Origin: Minutocellus sp. GHC0000111
Lineage: Eukaryota
Length of the DNA stretch: 64,000 nt
Direction of reading: 5' to 3'
Assembly: GCA_977018835.1 (NCBI GenBank)
Contig: OZ361259.1
Location: 496,001 to 560,000, forward strand
A program made the position numbers and the translations under genes. How positions within the stretch are numbered: the stretch's first letter is position 1; each line of letters begins with the position of its first letter. This document shows positions 11,456 through 22,739 of this stretch, piece by piece. The notes under the pieces were generated by a model. The model was given only the letters and a program-made list of their open reading frames with translations. It searched no databases and was not told the DNA's origin.

Positions 11456-14012
11456 CTAACGTCTGCGCCGCCTTCTCCTTCTACCGCCCCCGCCGCCACC
11501 CATTCCAGGAGGAGGCCCACCCATGCCGACCATGGGATAATATGCAACTGCTGGGACTCCAGCAACGCCTACGGGAAGGCCCGGTGGATAATATGGCGCG
11601 GCGGCTGCTGCACCAGGTGAAAGCCCGGGGTAGACCCCGGCCGCTGCGGCCGCAGCTGCCGGTGGTGGTGGGGGAGGAGGTGGAGCCGGCATCGCAGGAT
11701 ATCTACTCCGGCGAGGCGATGCCTTGTCAGCATTTTTTAGGAGAGCATCCACATCGACATTGACACCTTGAGCAGTGCTCTCTGCGATCTCTTTGGCGGC
11801 CTTTTCTCCCGCCTCCTTCGTTGCCCGGATATCATCCTCCTTGTTGTTTGTGTACAGAGGACATTTGTTACAGCTGTGGTGCTGGCAGTGAGCTGTTTGA
11901 CAGAAGTGCTGATACCCCACATTCTTTGGAATGAGCGCCCGGCAAATGTAACAGCTAAATGTTCGACATTTCGGACAGGTCATCTTGTTACAACCATCCA
12001 CTTTATAGAAACGGTTGCCGCAGCCTTCCTTCGGGCAGGTTCTAATACGGGCCTCGCTCATTGCCTCTTCTACCTTCTTTCGGCCGTCTGTCTCGGTCTG
12101 TTTCTCTACCTCGCTGCATTTGAGGGGTATATGAGATGCCTCTCCGCACAACTTGCAAGATTCGAAGCGGCAAGATTGCACGGGGCAAGCAAAGATCATT
12201 TCCGACGCGTCAAGCAATGCCTGGAAATCACATCTCGGGCAACGATGGAGGCCCTCGACGCGAGCAATTTCCATAGCTCTTGTGGCTTGTAGCTCATCGT
12301 ACTTTTGTATTACCTTTGAAGGCAGAGCCTTTGTAGAAGCTCGTGCTGGAATGTCGATGTGCACCCATCAGGATGCATGCAGGTCAGATCATTGGTATCT
12401 CTGGCGGCAACACCATCGTCATCACCATCGACCGATTTCTTACCGCCGCCGCCACCAAGATCGCCAAGACCAAAAACCTATAGGTTTTCGGTTCGATTCG
12501 ATTGATTCATTCATCGGGAATCGAAGGAAGTGGTTAGATAGGCGTGCATCTTGAAAGCTCATCGAGACGCAATACGAAAAGACTTACTCGCTCCTCGGCG
12601 TACCGTCGTATGCAATCCATGCAGAACAAATGACCTTCGTTGCGACAAGATACCATCTCTTCGATTGCGTAATCACCGTAGCAACATTGGCACTCGAGAG
12701 TTGTGCCAGCCTTCTCGCTGGCGTCGTGGATTCGCTGTCTCTCGGCGGCAGTAGCCACAATGTCCGCTCTCTCGGCAAGCTTATCGGATGCGTAGCGCAC
12801 CTCATCAATCAACACCCGGTCGGTGGCATCGGCAGGACGATAATTGCGCCGAGATCGACGCAATGTGGCAGTGAAGCCATTGGGTGCAGGAATTCGCAAC
12901 CTCCCAATTTCTTCGTCAGTAAGGGCACAGCCTGCCTGCACAGCGCGGAGTCGCTTGTGAAGCTTTTCCTCGGCAACTGGATCATCTTCCAGCGAGGTCG
13001 CTGCTGCAGCCGCTGCAGCCTTCTTCTTGCTGCCATACGTACCGAAGGCGAAGGCATCAACCCCAGCAATGGCATCGCAGATTCGAGTGTAGCATACGCT
13101 GTACCGTCCCTTGGATAAAGCCAGATGTCGTTTCACGCCCTCCTTGGACAGAAAGCAGAATGCAACCATGAGCCGCTCCACGACCTCATCCTTGTAGACA
13201 TCTGACGGAACGAAGGAGGACATCGACGTGTAGTCATGAAGGTATGGCCGGCTCTGGGAGGCAACCAGTAGACCACCTCCCACCATTCCTCCTCTGCCAT
13301 CACCACCGGCATTGCCTCTTGCCAGTGTTTCCTTCTTGGGATACGACCCTCCCTCGACCAAATTGCTCAAAGCCACTGATATCATCTGCTCTTCGGCTGG
13401 AGTGATGCCATCGGTGGCATCGATCCGGGTTGGATTTAGTCCCACTCGCCGAAGCTGCTCTCTTGCATGATTGGGACAGATATCGGGAAAGATGATTACG
13501 ATCCTATGCAGAGGCGTGTCGGCTGGTGGCTTGGACGAGGCAGCAGTAGGAGGAGCAGCCGCTGCAGCAGCAGCTGGCTTGGCATCGTGGTCATCATCAA
13601 TGCCGATGGCAACGCCGTTCAAACGCCTCTGACGGGCAGCCGTAAACGGTGATATCATCTCGATGGTACTGCCATTGGAGGAACCGGGAGATCGTGCCGC
13701 CGCCGCTGCGCCAGTAGGCGGACTGAGGATCTCAACGCTGTCGTCTAATGCAGCAGCTGCTGCACCATTGGTGTTTCCATCATTGTCGTCGTCATCATCA
13801 GAATCGTCAATCTCAAACACATCGACGTTGGAAGCAGCAGCTGCTGCAGCGTGCTCCCGTCTCCTCTTCCTCCGACGACTCGCTGGGCTGGACGCGAGGG
13901 CAGCCGCTGCCGGAGCTGGTGCAGCAGCGGCCACTGCACCCATGCCGATACCACCCCGCTCATCGTCGCTCGAATCATCAAGGAGATCGATCACATTGTC
14001 GTTCGATGCCAT
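11456..14012 (-). CDS. RBR (RING-IBR-RING) E3 ubiquitin ligase, RNF216/TRIAD3-like; intron 12478-12587; apparent 1-nt frameshift near 12330
   Basis: RING1 ECQCCY...CRNEGHLFCMDC, IBR CPRC...CPVQSC...CKLC..SHIPLKC and RING2 CPKEGC...KVDGCNKMTCPKC...CYIC. The intron has GTAAG/TAG ends. After splicing, one extra A in CAAAGG restores ...LLQKALPSKV. Confidence 0.85.
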
Positions 14013-14415
14013 TGTGTTGGGGTATTAGTGGACCTACTAAACTAACTGGAGGACGGATGATGAGGGTGGGTTGGTTGGTCACCAAAAAATCTTGACTCAC
14101 TCACTCCACGTTTTGCATGCAGTTTGCTCACGTCCCTCTCACTCCACGATGTTGCTCGTCGAAGGGATGCAGCCCTGGGAGACGCGGCGGTTCGTTCAAG
14201 CGCCGCCTCCCACGCAATCCACTTCACGAAGGCACCCACGTGTGAAGGAGCACACCGCGGAGCAGGGAGCATAGCAGGGTTTTGACTTGGTTGCGTGAAA
14301 GCAGTCTAATGCGGCGAAGTGCATTTTTCGGTTGCTCTGCTTACGCAAGCATGACGATCCCCTCGCCCTGCCGCGGCAGCGCCGCCCCCACAAAATAGCA
14401 AAAAAAGGCGCCAAG

Positions 14416-15231
14416 ATGTTGCCCAGGTCAAGGCACCGGTGCCTGCCGTTACTCCATGCGTTCATTGTTCGGCAATTGTTACTAGTGTGCGCTCTCTTTG
14501 CTACTTCGATATTTCGTTGGGCTGGTCCGGCATCAGTCGAGGCCTTCACTGGGTCATCTGACCATCTTGATCTTACTTCGCATTCGAGGAGGAGCAGTAT
14601 CAGCAGGTGCTTGGCGTCATCGTCCGTAGAACAAACGATAGACGACGTTGCCATCACCACCCAACGAATTGATCCTTTGGCAGTACCATTGGTCAACTCA
14701 TTTTACAAGGCTAACAAGTATAAGGGCAAAGCAAAGAAGAGTGATGTCGTGTTCGTGGCCAAGAGGGGCTCAAACGATGACGGTAGAGATGATATTGTTG
14801 GAGCGGTCCGTCTCGTGCCAAAGACATCGGACACATACTTCATTCGCAATCTGTTCGTTGCAAAGGAGTGTCGTCGGAAGGGTGTCGGGAAGCTTCTGAT
14901 GAAGGCTGCCCTGGATGGAAACGTTGGGTCGGCTAGCTGGTCTGGTGCTCATGATCATTGAAGCAACAGCAAAAGTGAAGGCAAGGACAAGTCTACAAGT
15001 AAGAAGAAGGAAGATCATCACGATCATGGCTACACGTACCGATACTACTGCTTCCTACGGAGAGAGTTGAGCCCGATATATCATGCCGCTGGCCTAGATA
15101 TTGTTGACTGTCAAGATGTGAATCTCCCGGATTGGATCCGGGAGGAATATCTCAGAATACGGGCCCAGCAGAGTGGGAAGGACTTGATACTAATGGGAAA
15201 AGGGATATTGCAAGTGTTGTCAACAGAATAA
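14416..15231 (+). CDS. GNAT-family N-acetyltransferase with putative bipartite plastid presequence; in-frame TGA at 14959-14961
   Basis: IRNLFVAKECRRKGVGKLLM is the GNAT acetyl-CoA motif A. A hydrophobic signal is followed by VEAF. The same frame continues after TGA through YYCFLRRELSPIYHAAGL to TAA at 15229-15231. Confidence 0.7.
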
Positions 15232-15395
15232 AGGGGGGAGTAACTGATATCAATACATCATATACAAAATGTTTCCCTATCTTTCATATTCTATACAGGC
15301 ACATACGGTTGTAGTATGTAAATCTGGCCGGTGCCAGGGGCAGCTCTTGCGTGAGCGAGAGGCTGACGAATAGACCAATATTCATCTCTCAGGCT

Positions 15396-17732
15396 TCAAA
15401 AGCTATCATCGCTATCATCATCGAAGTTGGCGCTCTTTCTCGATCCAATCATTGACGTCGACGGGCCGCCCAGGCTGGTATCCCCGTACATGAGCTCGGG
15501 CGAAGAAGGGCAATCTTGAGCATTGTTGCCAGCGGCACCATTCCCTTCCCCAATCTTGTAGAATTGGCTGTCAACATCAGTCTCGGGTTCGGACTCCTCC
15601 TCCCTCTCAGGACTGCGGCTGGGGCTATTGCTGGCATCCACACCATCCTCGTCTTCATCGCTCTTCTTTCTCCTGGACTTGCTCCGACCAGAAGCTTTCG
15701 TAGGCGAAGGCCTCTTGCGGCCTCGTTTCTTCTCCTTCTCCTTGCGATCCTTCTCCTTCTTCTTTTTTGACGATTTCTTGGAGTTATCCCAATCGTCATC
15801 ATCACTCTTTGGACCATTATCATCACCATCATCGTCCTCAGCCCCTGCCTTCTTCTTGGTGCCACCTCGGTTTCTACGCCCCCTCCTCTTGCGCTCCTGA
15901 TCACGCTGAGACTTGGAGGTTGGCTCCATGGTCAGCTGGGCATACTCACTCTCTGCATCCTTTGTCTTGCTCTTCTTTGTCTTCTTGTCTCCTCCCTCAC
16001 CATCCTCCTCCCCCTCATCGCTACTACTTTCATTGCCCAAACGTTTGAGCATATCCTCAGCCTCACGACGCTTGGCCTCCTCGCTCTCACCTTCGTCACC
16101 AGACGAGGCATACGTACCAGCACCGGCCGTGGCAGAATGCTGCTGATGGCGACCCCTTCGGCGGCGTGCTCTGGCTTCCTCGAGGCTGCGATGAGTTCCC
16201 GAGGTCAGCATCTCGCGTCCCAGCTCAACCACCACGTCATTGACACCGTCGTCTTCGTCGCTGTATCCATCGCCGTCGGAATCGTCGTCGTCATCCTGCA
16301 GACATCCCATGATGAAGTCGACGAAATTGGGCTGGCCGTTGCCCACATGCTCGTCTACCACCTGATGCTGAATGGCGACCATACCCCGTCGGTTGATGCT
16401 GATACAGGTCTCGGAGGCAATCTCCAATCCGCGAAATGCCGACAAAACCGAATGGAGGGGATACGTCCGGGCATGCAGCTTGGGTGGGTCGCACTCCAAG
16501 CTGACAAAGACAGCGTCATTGCCCGCGTGAGGTAGCGATACCTGACACTCTGTGGAATATCCAATCGCCGCCAGGTCGATGCCCTTGGGACTGATCCCGA
16601 TCGTGGCCGACGCCGCTCCGGGTACGTCGCTCAGCTCAACCACGGCATCCCGCAGATAGTCCGACTTGACGATGGCCCGGGCCACGATGGGACTGGACCG
16701 GAAGGCGATGGCCAGGCCGCTGGCCCCGTTGCCCTCCTCGTCGCTGTCGTCGTCGTAGTCATCGCTGACGGCCAGGCCGGGTATGGCGCAGGTCGACACG
16801 ATGCCGCCGCCGGTGGCACCGTGGGTCTCCTCCAGAAGTTCGATGCGGAATATGGCATCGTGCAGATCGTACGACAGGCACAACTTGGTTCGTTCCAGGG
16901 CATTGGTGCCGAGTACGTGCAAGCATTCCAATACGGTCGTGAGGTTGATGCAAAATTCTCCACCCTTGACTACCTCGGTCTTGGTTCCCCTGCCACTACT
17001 GGTATTGTTCCCGTTGTTCTCATCCTCGCCATCCTCTTCATTCTCATCATCCTCATCGTCATCATCAACCTCCACCACCTGCTCGCAGACGTAGTAATCA
17101 CTGAACAACCCCGCCTGCATATCGACGCTGGCCTGACTCTGCCGAGCGGTGCCATGAACGTGAAAGGTCAGACCGGCCTCGCCGGCGAAGACCGTGGCGT
17201 GCTGGGCCTTGCCCCGCCCCCCACCGGACCCGCCGCCACCTCGTCCGCCAGAAATGCCGGTATGGTCAATCGCCGACAACGACAGGTCGGCACGGGAACG
17301 ACGTCCGCCGCCCTGGGTCAGGGCCCCGTCGGAGGTGGAATGGGAATGATGATGGGCCGAACCTCCCGAGGCAACGTGACGGAGGCAGGAGAGGAGGGTC
17401 GTGACGGAGCGGGCCGATTCGCACCGGCACGAAAAGAGGAGACCATCGTCGTCGTCATCGTCTTCGTGTTCTTCTTCGTCATCATCTTGAGACTGAGACT
17501 GGGATGAAGATTGCCCCTGCCGATGATGGCTGTTCATTGTTGGTTCTGCCTCGGGGCTTACCGACTGCGAGTGCGAGTGTGAGTTTGACGAGGCGATGCT
17601 GTCCCTGACGCCGCCGCCGCCGACGTCCTCCTGCAGCAGCTCCTCGTCATCGTCCTCCTGCTGGTGGTGCTGCTGGTCGGCGGTTGGCGACGCTGGAGTT
17701 GCCGTGGCTGGAACCTCTTGGCGGGTCGGCAT
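15396..17732 (-). CDS. RAD1: Rad1 subunit of the 9-1-1 checkpoint clamp with long low-complexity extensions
   Basis: FSCRCESARSVTTLLSCL, QSQASVDMQAGLFSDY, FCINLTTVLECLHVLG, ARAIVKSDYLRDAVVEL, ETCISINRRGMVAIQH and FVDFIM follow the Rad1/Rec1 PCNA-like pattern. Confidence 0.8.
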   Translation of the reverse strand: MPTRQEVPATATPASPTADQQHHQQEDDDEELLQEDVGGGGVRDSIASSNSHSHSQSVSPEAEPTMNSHHRQGQSSSQSQSQDDDEEEHEDDDDDDGLLFSCRCESARSVTTLLSCLRHVASGGSAHHHSHSTSDGALTQGGGRRSRADLSLSAIDHTGISGGRGGGGSGGGRGKAQHATVFAGEAGLTFHVHGTARQSQASVDMQAGLFSDYYVCEQVVEVDDDDEDDENEEDGEDENNGNNTSSGRGTKTEVVKGGEFCINLTTVLECLHVLGTNALERTKLCLSYDLHDAIFRIELLEETHGATGGGIVSTCAIPGLAVSDDYDDDSDEEGNGASGLAIAFRSSPIVARAIVKSDYLRDAVVELSDVPGAASATIGISPKGIDLAAIGYSTECQVSLPHAGNDAVFVSLECDPPKLHARTYPLHSVLSAFRGLEIASETCISINRRGMVAIQHQVVDEHVGNGQPNFVDFIMGCLQDDDDDSDGDGYSDEDDGVNDVVVELGREMLTSGTHRSLEEARARRRRGRHQQHSATAGAGTYASSGDEGESEEAKRREAEDMLKRLGNESSSDEGEEDGEGGDKKTKKSKTKDAESEYAQLTMEPTSKSQRDQERKRRGRRNRGGTKKKAGAEDDDGDDNGPKSDDDDWDNSKKSSKKKKEKDRKEKEKKRGRKRPSPTKASGRSKSRRKKSDEDEDGVDASNSPSRSPEREEESEPETDVDSQFYKIGEGNGAAGNNAQDCPSSPELMYGDTSLGGPSTSMIGSRKSANFDDDSDDSF

Positions 17733-18154
17733 TGTTGAAAATGACGGCGAAATCACTCTCTGCATCTCCGCGGGCGAAATGGCGATATTTCAATATGGCG
17801 ATGGTAAAACGAAAAGATGAGAACTGCAGAACTGGAAACCTGAATCTATATCTCTCAGGTTTCTGTACTTTGACCGAAATCTCCGCAACTTTTTTTTTTG
17901 CAAACTTGCTGCCTTCGCCACAAGACGTGCAACGATAATTGCTTTGGACCGGTAGCCCACCACCGCCATCGCAAAAAAAGATACGCCCACCGCGATAGCC
18001 CGTCCTTTCATCACCGATAACAATTGCAATCGTCCCGGCGGTCCGATCGAGTCGACGGGGGACGTTCGTATCGACCACATAATTACCGGCCGTTGCCCCC
18101 GAAATCAAAATTTGCAAAAAAAAGGCTGCTCTCATTCATCGTTCAACATTCCAC

Positions 18155-21100
18155 ATGCCGCAGCCGGACACGTGCCGGATCGAAGGGTGCGGCCGCGGCC
18201 GGTTCCGCAAGGCCGGGGCCGACGGGCTGTGCCGCCAACACTACGAGGAGGGCCACAACAAGGGCGGCGATGATCCATCTGCCGCGGCAGCAGGTGATGG
18301 CGACTTGACTCGTACGCCGGTGCCCTCCGACGACGACGGACCGAACGTCGGAGGCGGTGGTGCAGGTGCCGACGGGGCCGGGACCGGGACCGTCCAGCCC
18401 ACTCCCCGCCGGTCCAACGTGAATGCCAGTGCCAATGGCGGAGGCAGCGCCGGTGGCGGCCGGCAGAGCGGCGGTGGCAGCGGCAGGCTGCCCTCCCCCG
18501 CCAAGCGCAGCCCGATGAAGGGCGTCGGCCAAGCCGACGACGAAGATGGCAGCGGCAGCAACGCGAACGCCAACGGCACCCCGACGGGCCGCAATATTGC
18601 CAACGACTTTGATGGTGGAAATGGAAATACCACCAGCGGCAACGGCAGCGCTACTAGTGGCGGTCATGGCAGGGCCCAAACGAAGGAGTATCGGCCCGAG
18701 CTGCCCGTCCTCGATAGCAGCGGTGGGGAGGATGCCAGCATGAGCAGTGCCGACAATGCTACTCGTACCGGTGAAGCTGGTCCTGTATATGCCGCTCGCG
18801 GTGCCGGTGGTCGATTTGTTTCCAAGGAATCCAAGGGCGGCGACAAGAAGAATGATGATGATGATGATGATGACAAATCCAAGAAGCATGATAAGCACAA
18901 GCAAAAGCATGGTCATCATCACCATCACCACCACCACAGGCATCATCACAAGAAATCCAAGGACAAGAAGGGATCTGACGACGAAAAGGACGACGAGAAG
19001 GAGGATGAGTCGACCCTTGATGCCCTCCAGGCTCTCCTCACCAACTACCGTCCCGAGGACGTCCTGGACGACGACGAAATACTGAACCAATCCAAGAAGG
19101 CTCACAATGCCTACCAGCGGGCCGTAGACCGGCGTCGCGATCAGCTCATCTTTGGCTACGACGATTCCAGTTCCGATGACGACAGCGTCCGATCGGGCGG
19201 GTCCGGCACCTCCTCGTCCGGCAAGGCTCTGGGAATGCTCCTCGCCGAGGCGGCCGACGATGCTGACCCCGAGGAGGCCATGTGGTGCTGCGCTGGGGTG
19301 GAGGAGAAGTTCTTCGATTCGGTAGTCGTTTCGGCCGCTGTGGCGGAGAGCAATCGCCGCCTGGCTGCCGAGCAGCAGCAGCTGCTGCTGCTGCAGGGAG
19401 GTGATATTGGCGATGGTGCCGACGTTCCATCGTCGCCCACAAAGGCCAGGGGTGAGAAGAACAAGCAAATGTCTGATGATGAGAAAGAAGAAGACGCCAA
19501 CGACGATGGCAACGATGACGACGACGATGACGCTAACAACAATTCTACCACAAACAACAACATTGGCAGTCCCCGCCGTCCTGGCATTACCTCTACCGCC
19601 AGCGGAAATACCCCCATCAGTATCAAGACGGCTGGTGGCACCCCCAAGAGGCAAGCTCCGAAGGCCGATACCGGAGCCGATGGGTCGAATGCACCGCGCG
19701 TCGTCATGGACGATCCCACTCTTGATGAGCTTCGAAGGAATCTGGGACTTCGTGAGTCCGACTTTGTCTTTAGCAGCACTGGCCGACGGAGGAAGCATCA
19801 TTACATCCGACCCCGTCGGAGGTATCGCCCTCACTACGGCCACATGCATCACCATGGTACCCAGGAGGGCTCCGACGATAACTACGATGGAGATGACGAT
19901 GAGACGGAGGGTGTCAGCCGAGCGCTCGGACGCGAATCCAAACCGCAGCCGACTCGCGTTACCCGAGGCCGTACCAAGGCCCATCGCGAGAAGAAGAAGG
20001 AGGAACGTCACGCCAAGCAGCTTCGTGGCCTTGAGACGTTGGCAGAGGAGGCCATGAAACTCGAGGTGACCATCGATGGCTCAACCATGAGTACAGCCAA
20101 GGCCCTCAATACCGTCAATGTCGATACGTCCGAGGAGGAGAGCGGTGCGGACGAGGAAGCCCGCGGCGCTAAGAAACGTAAGTACTCGACGGATGAGAAC
20201 GAATCCCTTTCGGATGATGATGAATCAGACCTCAAGCGCCATCGCATGGCATACGATATGGTCAACGGGAGACGGCCCGGAAAGACCGAGGAGGTCCCAC
20301 TGTACGCTATGGTCCCCGCAGCTGAATATGGCCGGACCCGTCGGCGTGCTGGCCGTTTGACCGCCGCGGGTGTCTCGGAGAACGACCCTTCCAATATCGA
20401 TTACGACTCTGACGAGATTTGGGATGGAGGCACGGCCTTTCGCCCCGTCACCGTGACTCGCATCATCATTAATGCAAAGCCTGTGTATTTGGCGAGACTA
20501 ACGAAGCAGATCTCGGATGCGGGGAAATCCAGACGCGAGCGCGAAAAGTCGGCTACAGAAAGCGCTGACTTGATATTCGAGGACCACGTCAGTCGACAGA
20601 AGAGATACGAAGAGCTGCTGCGAGAAAGAGCAATGGTCGAGGCCAGAGCAGCCAAGAAGCAAAGGAATGTGAAGAAGGTCGTATATCACGATCAGAATGT
20701 GGTTCTTCCCCTCGATGGTATTGAGGACGAAGAAACGATTCAGCAGAAAGGTGACAAGGCGTTTGATGAGAATGGTCAGATCTTTCCAGATATTGTCACT
20801 GACTTTCGCATGCCACAGATTCAGGGCAAGATATTCAACCAGCCCGTGTCGCTCAAACTTCTAAACTTGCAGCAGAAACAGCAACGGCGATACGAGGCCG
20901 GGGAAAGCGAAGTACCAACCAATTTGGCTGAGCTGGACTGTCAGGCCGAGCTGGAGGTATTTCCCTCAGCATATCGAAATGGCAGGAAGAGGCCTGCATC
21001 GGAAATTGCGTCCGCACTCGATCCTTCCGGAGAGCCGTGGATGGCTGTAAGTGATGGTTCGGCTACCTCCAGACAGCAGGCGCCAACCCTTGAGCCGCCA

Positions 21101-22681
21101 CGTCAGCGCCACACCGACACAACATACGCATCGTGGTGTTCGCAGCTGGTTCATTGCTTGGGTAGTTCAGGCCGCAACATGGCACGATACGAGTTTTTCT
21201 ACAGCGACCTTGATCGCTCATGGTTCAACTGCGACACCTTTGCTGCTGATGTTGCTCGTACTGGCATTCCGAAGGACGCTCGTTTGACCAGGTCTGAGAA
21301 GAGCCTGGTTCGGCGAAGCATTAAGGACCGCCCAAGACGCTTTTCGCGTCGTTTTGCCAAGTTGCAGATGAATGAATTTAACAATTATAGGGACAGAGTG
21401 CGCAAGATTCAAAGAGGAGATGAGAGCCTGGGCGATGGGTTTCCATTTGATGTTGTGGCCGGTCTTCGCATCGGATCGACCGTTACGGCTCTGAATAAGA
21501 GGGCGCGCATCATACATCGTGGCATCGTCCTGAACAAGCATCCCGGAAGCAATGGTTATTTGATCCAATTTGAGAGGAAAGATCTTGGTTATGAGTTTTG
21601 CCCAGACACGGAAGTTGCCGCCCACGGCGTGCCCAGTGTAGTTCTTCAAGCATCTCGAGGAGCCACGGATGGCTCGGCCATGGGTACAATGCCGAACCCT
21701 AGAGATGGCGGTCTAGGAACAACGTACGGGCCTCTTGCCGAACGCCAGAAGGGTTGGGATCGCGAGGCACTTCTTCAGCTGCAAAAGCCAACTGAGAATA
21801 TGATTGTGCGTTCCTCAATCCTCAAGGCACTCCAAAAGCCCACCGCTGCCATGTTGGCTGTGGCAAAGGCACGCGGCAATGTGCATGTCGTCGACAAAGC
21901 CACCGAGAGAGAGGTACTTGTGCAAGTTATGGAGAACCTAAATAATTTACAGGTGCGGAAGCGAAGCCTTCTCGACGCAATCGATGTCTGTCATCAGAGA
22001 TGGAAGAAAGCTCGTGACAGCGGCGGCGGCACGATCAATGCCAACGAGGAGGTGATGGATACTTTCAAGCAACACTACGCCTGGCTTCACGCAAATCTGC
22101 AGCTCACGAACGAGTTTATTTGCTCCGTCAGTGAATGTCTTCGTGTGATGTACAGCAGAATATACTCTTCAGGTGACACAGGTGCTAGCAATGTCGAAGA
22201 GGACAACGAGCAAAGAATTGGGAAGATCGAGGCGTTGCTCAGGCCTTCTCCTGCAACACGGGATGTGTGGTATGGTTGGGCAGCAACCGCGACCGAGGGT
22301 AGTAGGAATATTGGCAAGGAAATTGCCTCGATGCCGGAAAATGAGAGCGGTGACGAGCGAAGGTCTACCGATGGAAATGGCCTTGCTAGACTTGACTTTA
22401 TGCAAAGTCGTCTCTCTTCTGCTGCAGCTCTCCTCCAGATTGTCCAGCTTTGTGGTGAGGGATGTATCATCGCCGGCGTGTCGAAGCCTGCCGATCCAAA
22501 TGCCACTGGAAGATCCCTCCAGGAGGCTCTCCGAGGTCTAATGCCAGATATGACTCATGGTACGGAAGGTAGAGATGCCTCTGACATTGACCTAATCCGC
22601 GAAGAATCTTACAGAGACCTTACCAAAGCTGTGGCGATGCTCCAAGCAGAGGTGGCAGCGCAAAAGAATATTGCGACTTAA
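18155..22681 (+). CDS. LIN9: LIN-9/ALWAYS EARLY/Mip130-like DREAM (MuvB) subunit with DIRP domain
   Basis: RYEFFYSDLDRSWF...RLTRSEKSLVRRSIKDRPRRFSRRF...LQMNEFNNYRDRVRKIQ is the DIRP signature. It is followed by the Tudor-like LRIGSTVTA...IHRGIVL...YLIQFERKDLG...CPDTEV segment. Confidence 0.85.
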   Translation: MPQPDTCRIEGCGRGRFRKAGADGLCRQHYEEGHNKGGDDPSAAAAGDGDLTRTPVPSDDDGPNVGGGGAGADGAGTGTVQPTPRRSNVNASANGGGSAGGGRQSGGGSGRLPSPAKRSPMKGVGQADDEDGSGSNANANGTPTGRNIANDFDGGNGNTTSGNGSATSGGHGRAQTKEYRPELPVLDSSGGEDASMSSADNATRTGEAGPVYAARGAGGRFVSKESKGGDKKNDDDDDDDKSKKHDKHKQKHGHHHHHHHHRHHHKKSKDKKGSDDEKDDEKEDESTLDALQALLTNYRPEDVLDDDEILNQSKKAHNAYQRAVDRRRDQLIFGYDDSSSDDDSVRSGGSGTSSSGKALGMLLAEAADDADPEEAMWCCAGVEEKFFDSVVVSAAVAESNRRLAAEQQQLLLLQGGDIGDGADVPSSPTKARGEKNKQMSDDEKEEDANDDGNDDDDDDANNNSTTNNNIGSPRRPGITSTASGNTPISIKTAGGTPKRQAPKADTGADGSNAPRVVMDDPTLDELRRNLGLRESDFVFSSTGRRRKHHYIRPRRRYRPHYGHMHHHGTQEGSDDNYDGDDDETEGVSRALGRESKPQPTRVTRGRTKAHREKKKEERHAKQLRGLETLAEEAMKLEVTIDGSTMSTAKALNTVNVDTSEEESGADEEARGAKKRKYSTDENESLSDDDESDLKRHRMAYDMVNGRRPGKTEEVPLYAMVPAAEYGRTRRRAGRLTAAGVSENDPSNIDYDSDEIWDGGTAFRPVTVTRIIINAKPVYLARLTKQISDAGKSRREREKSATESADLIFEDHVSRQKRYEELLRERAMVEARAAKKQRNVKKVVYHDQNVVLPLDGIEDEETIQQKGDKAFDENGQIFPDIVTDFRMPQIQGKIFNQPVSLKLLNLQQKQQRRYEAGESEVPTNLAELDCQAELEVFPSAYRNGRKRPASEIASALDPSGEPWMAVSDGSATSRQQAPTLEPPRQRHTDTTYASWCSQLVHCLGSSGRNMARYEFFYSDLDRSWFNCDTFAADVARTGIPKDARLTRSEKSLVRRSIKDRPRRFSRRFAKLQMNEFNNYRDRVRKIQRGDESLGDGFPFDVVAGLRIGSTVTALNKRARIIHRGIVLNKHPGSNGYLIQFERKDLGYEFCPDTEVAAHGVPSVVLQASRGATDGSAMGTMPNPRDGGLGTTYGPLAERQKGWDREALLQLQKPTENMIVRSSILKALQKPTAAMLAVAKARGNVHVVDKATEREVLVQVMENLNNLQVRKRSLLDAIDVCHQRWKKARDSGGGTINANEEVMDTFKQHYAWLHANLQLTNEFICSVSECLRVMYSRIYSSGDTGASNVEEDNEQRIGKIEALLRPSPATRDVWYGWAATATEGSRNIGKEIASMPENESGDERRSTDGNGLARLDFMQSRLSSAAALLQIVQLCGEGCIIAGVSKPADPNATGRSLQEALRGLMPDMTHGTEGRDASDIDLIREESYRDLTKAVAMLQAEVAAQKNIAT

Positions 22682-22739
22682 AAAAACTATTTCAGAAATA
22701 AATTAGATTGGCCAGTCTGTAGCATTTAATCTTTCTATC

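Noticed and set aside
18143..20011. 622-aa minus-strand ORF
   Set aside because: It is the antisense shadow of the GC-rich, low-complexity LIN-9 coding region and has no motifs.
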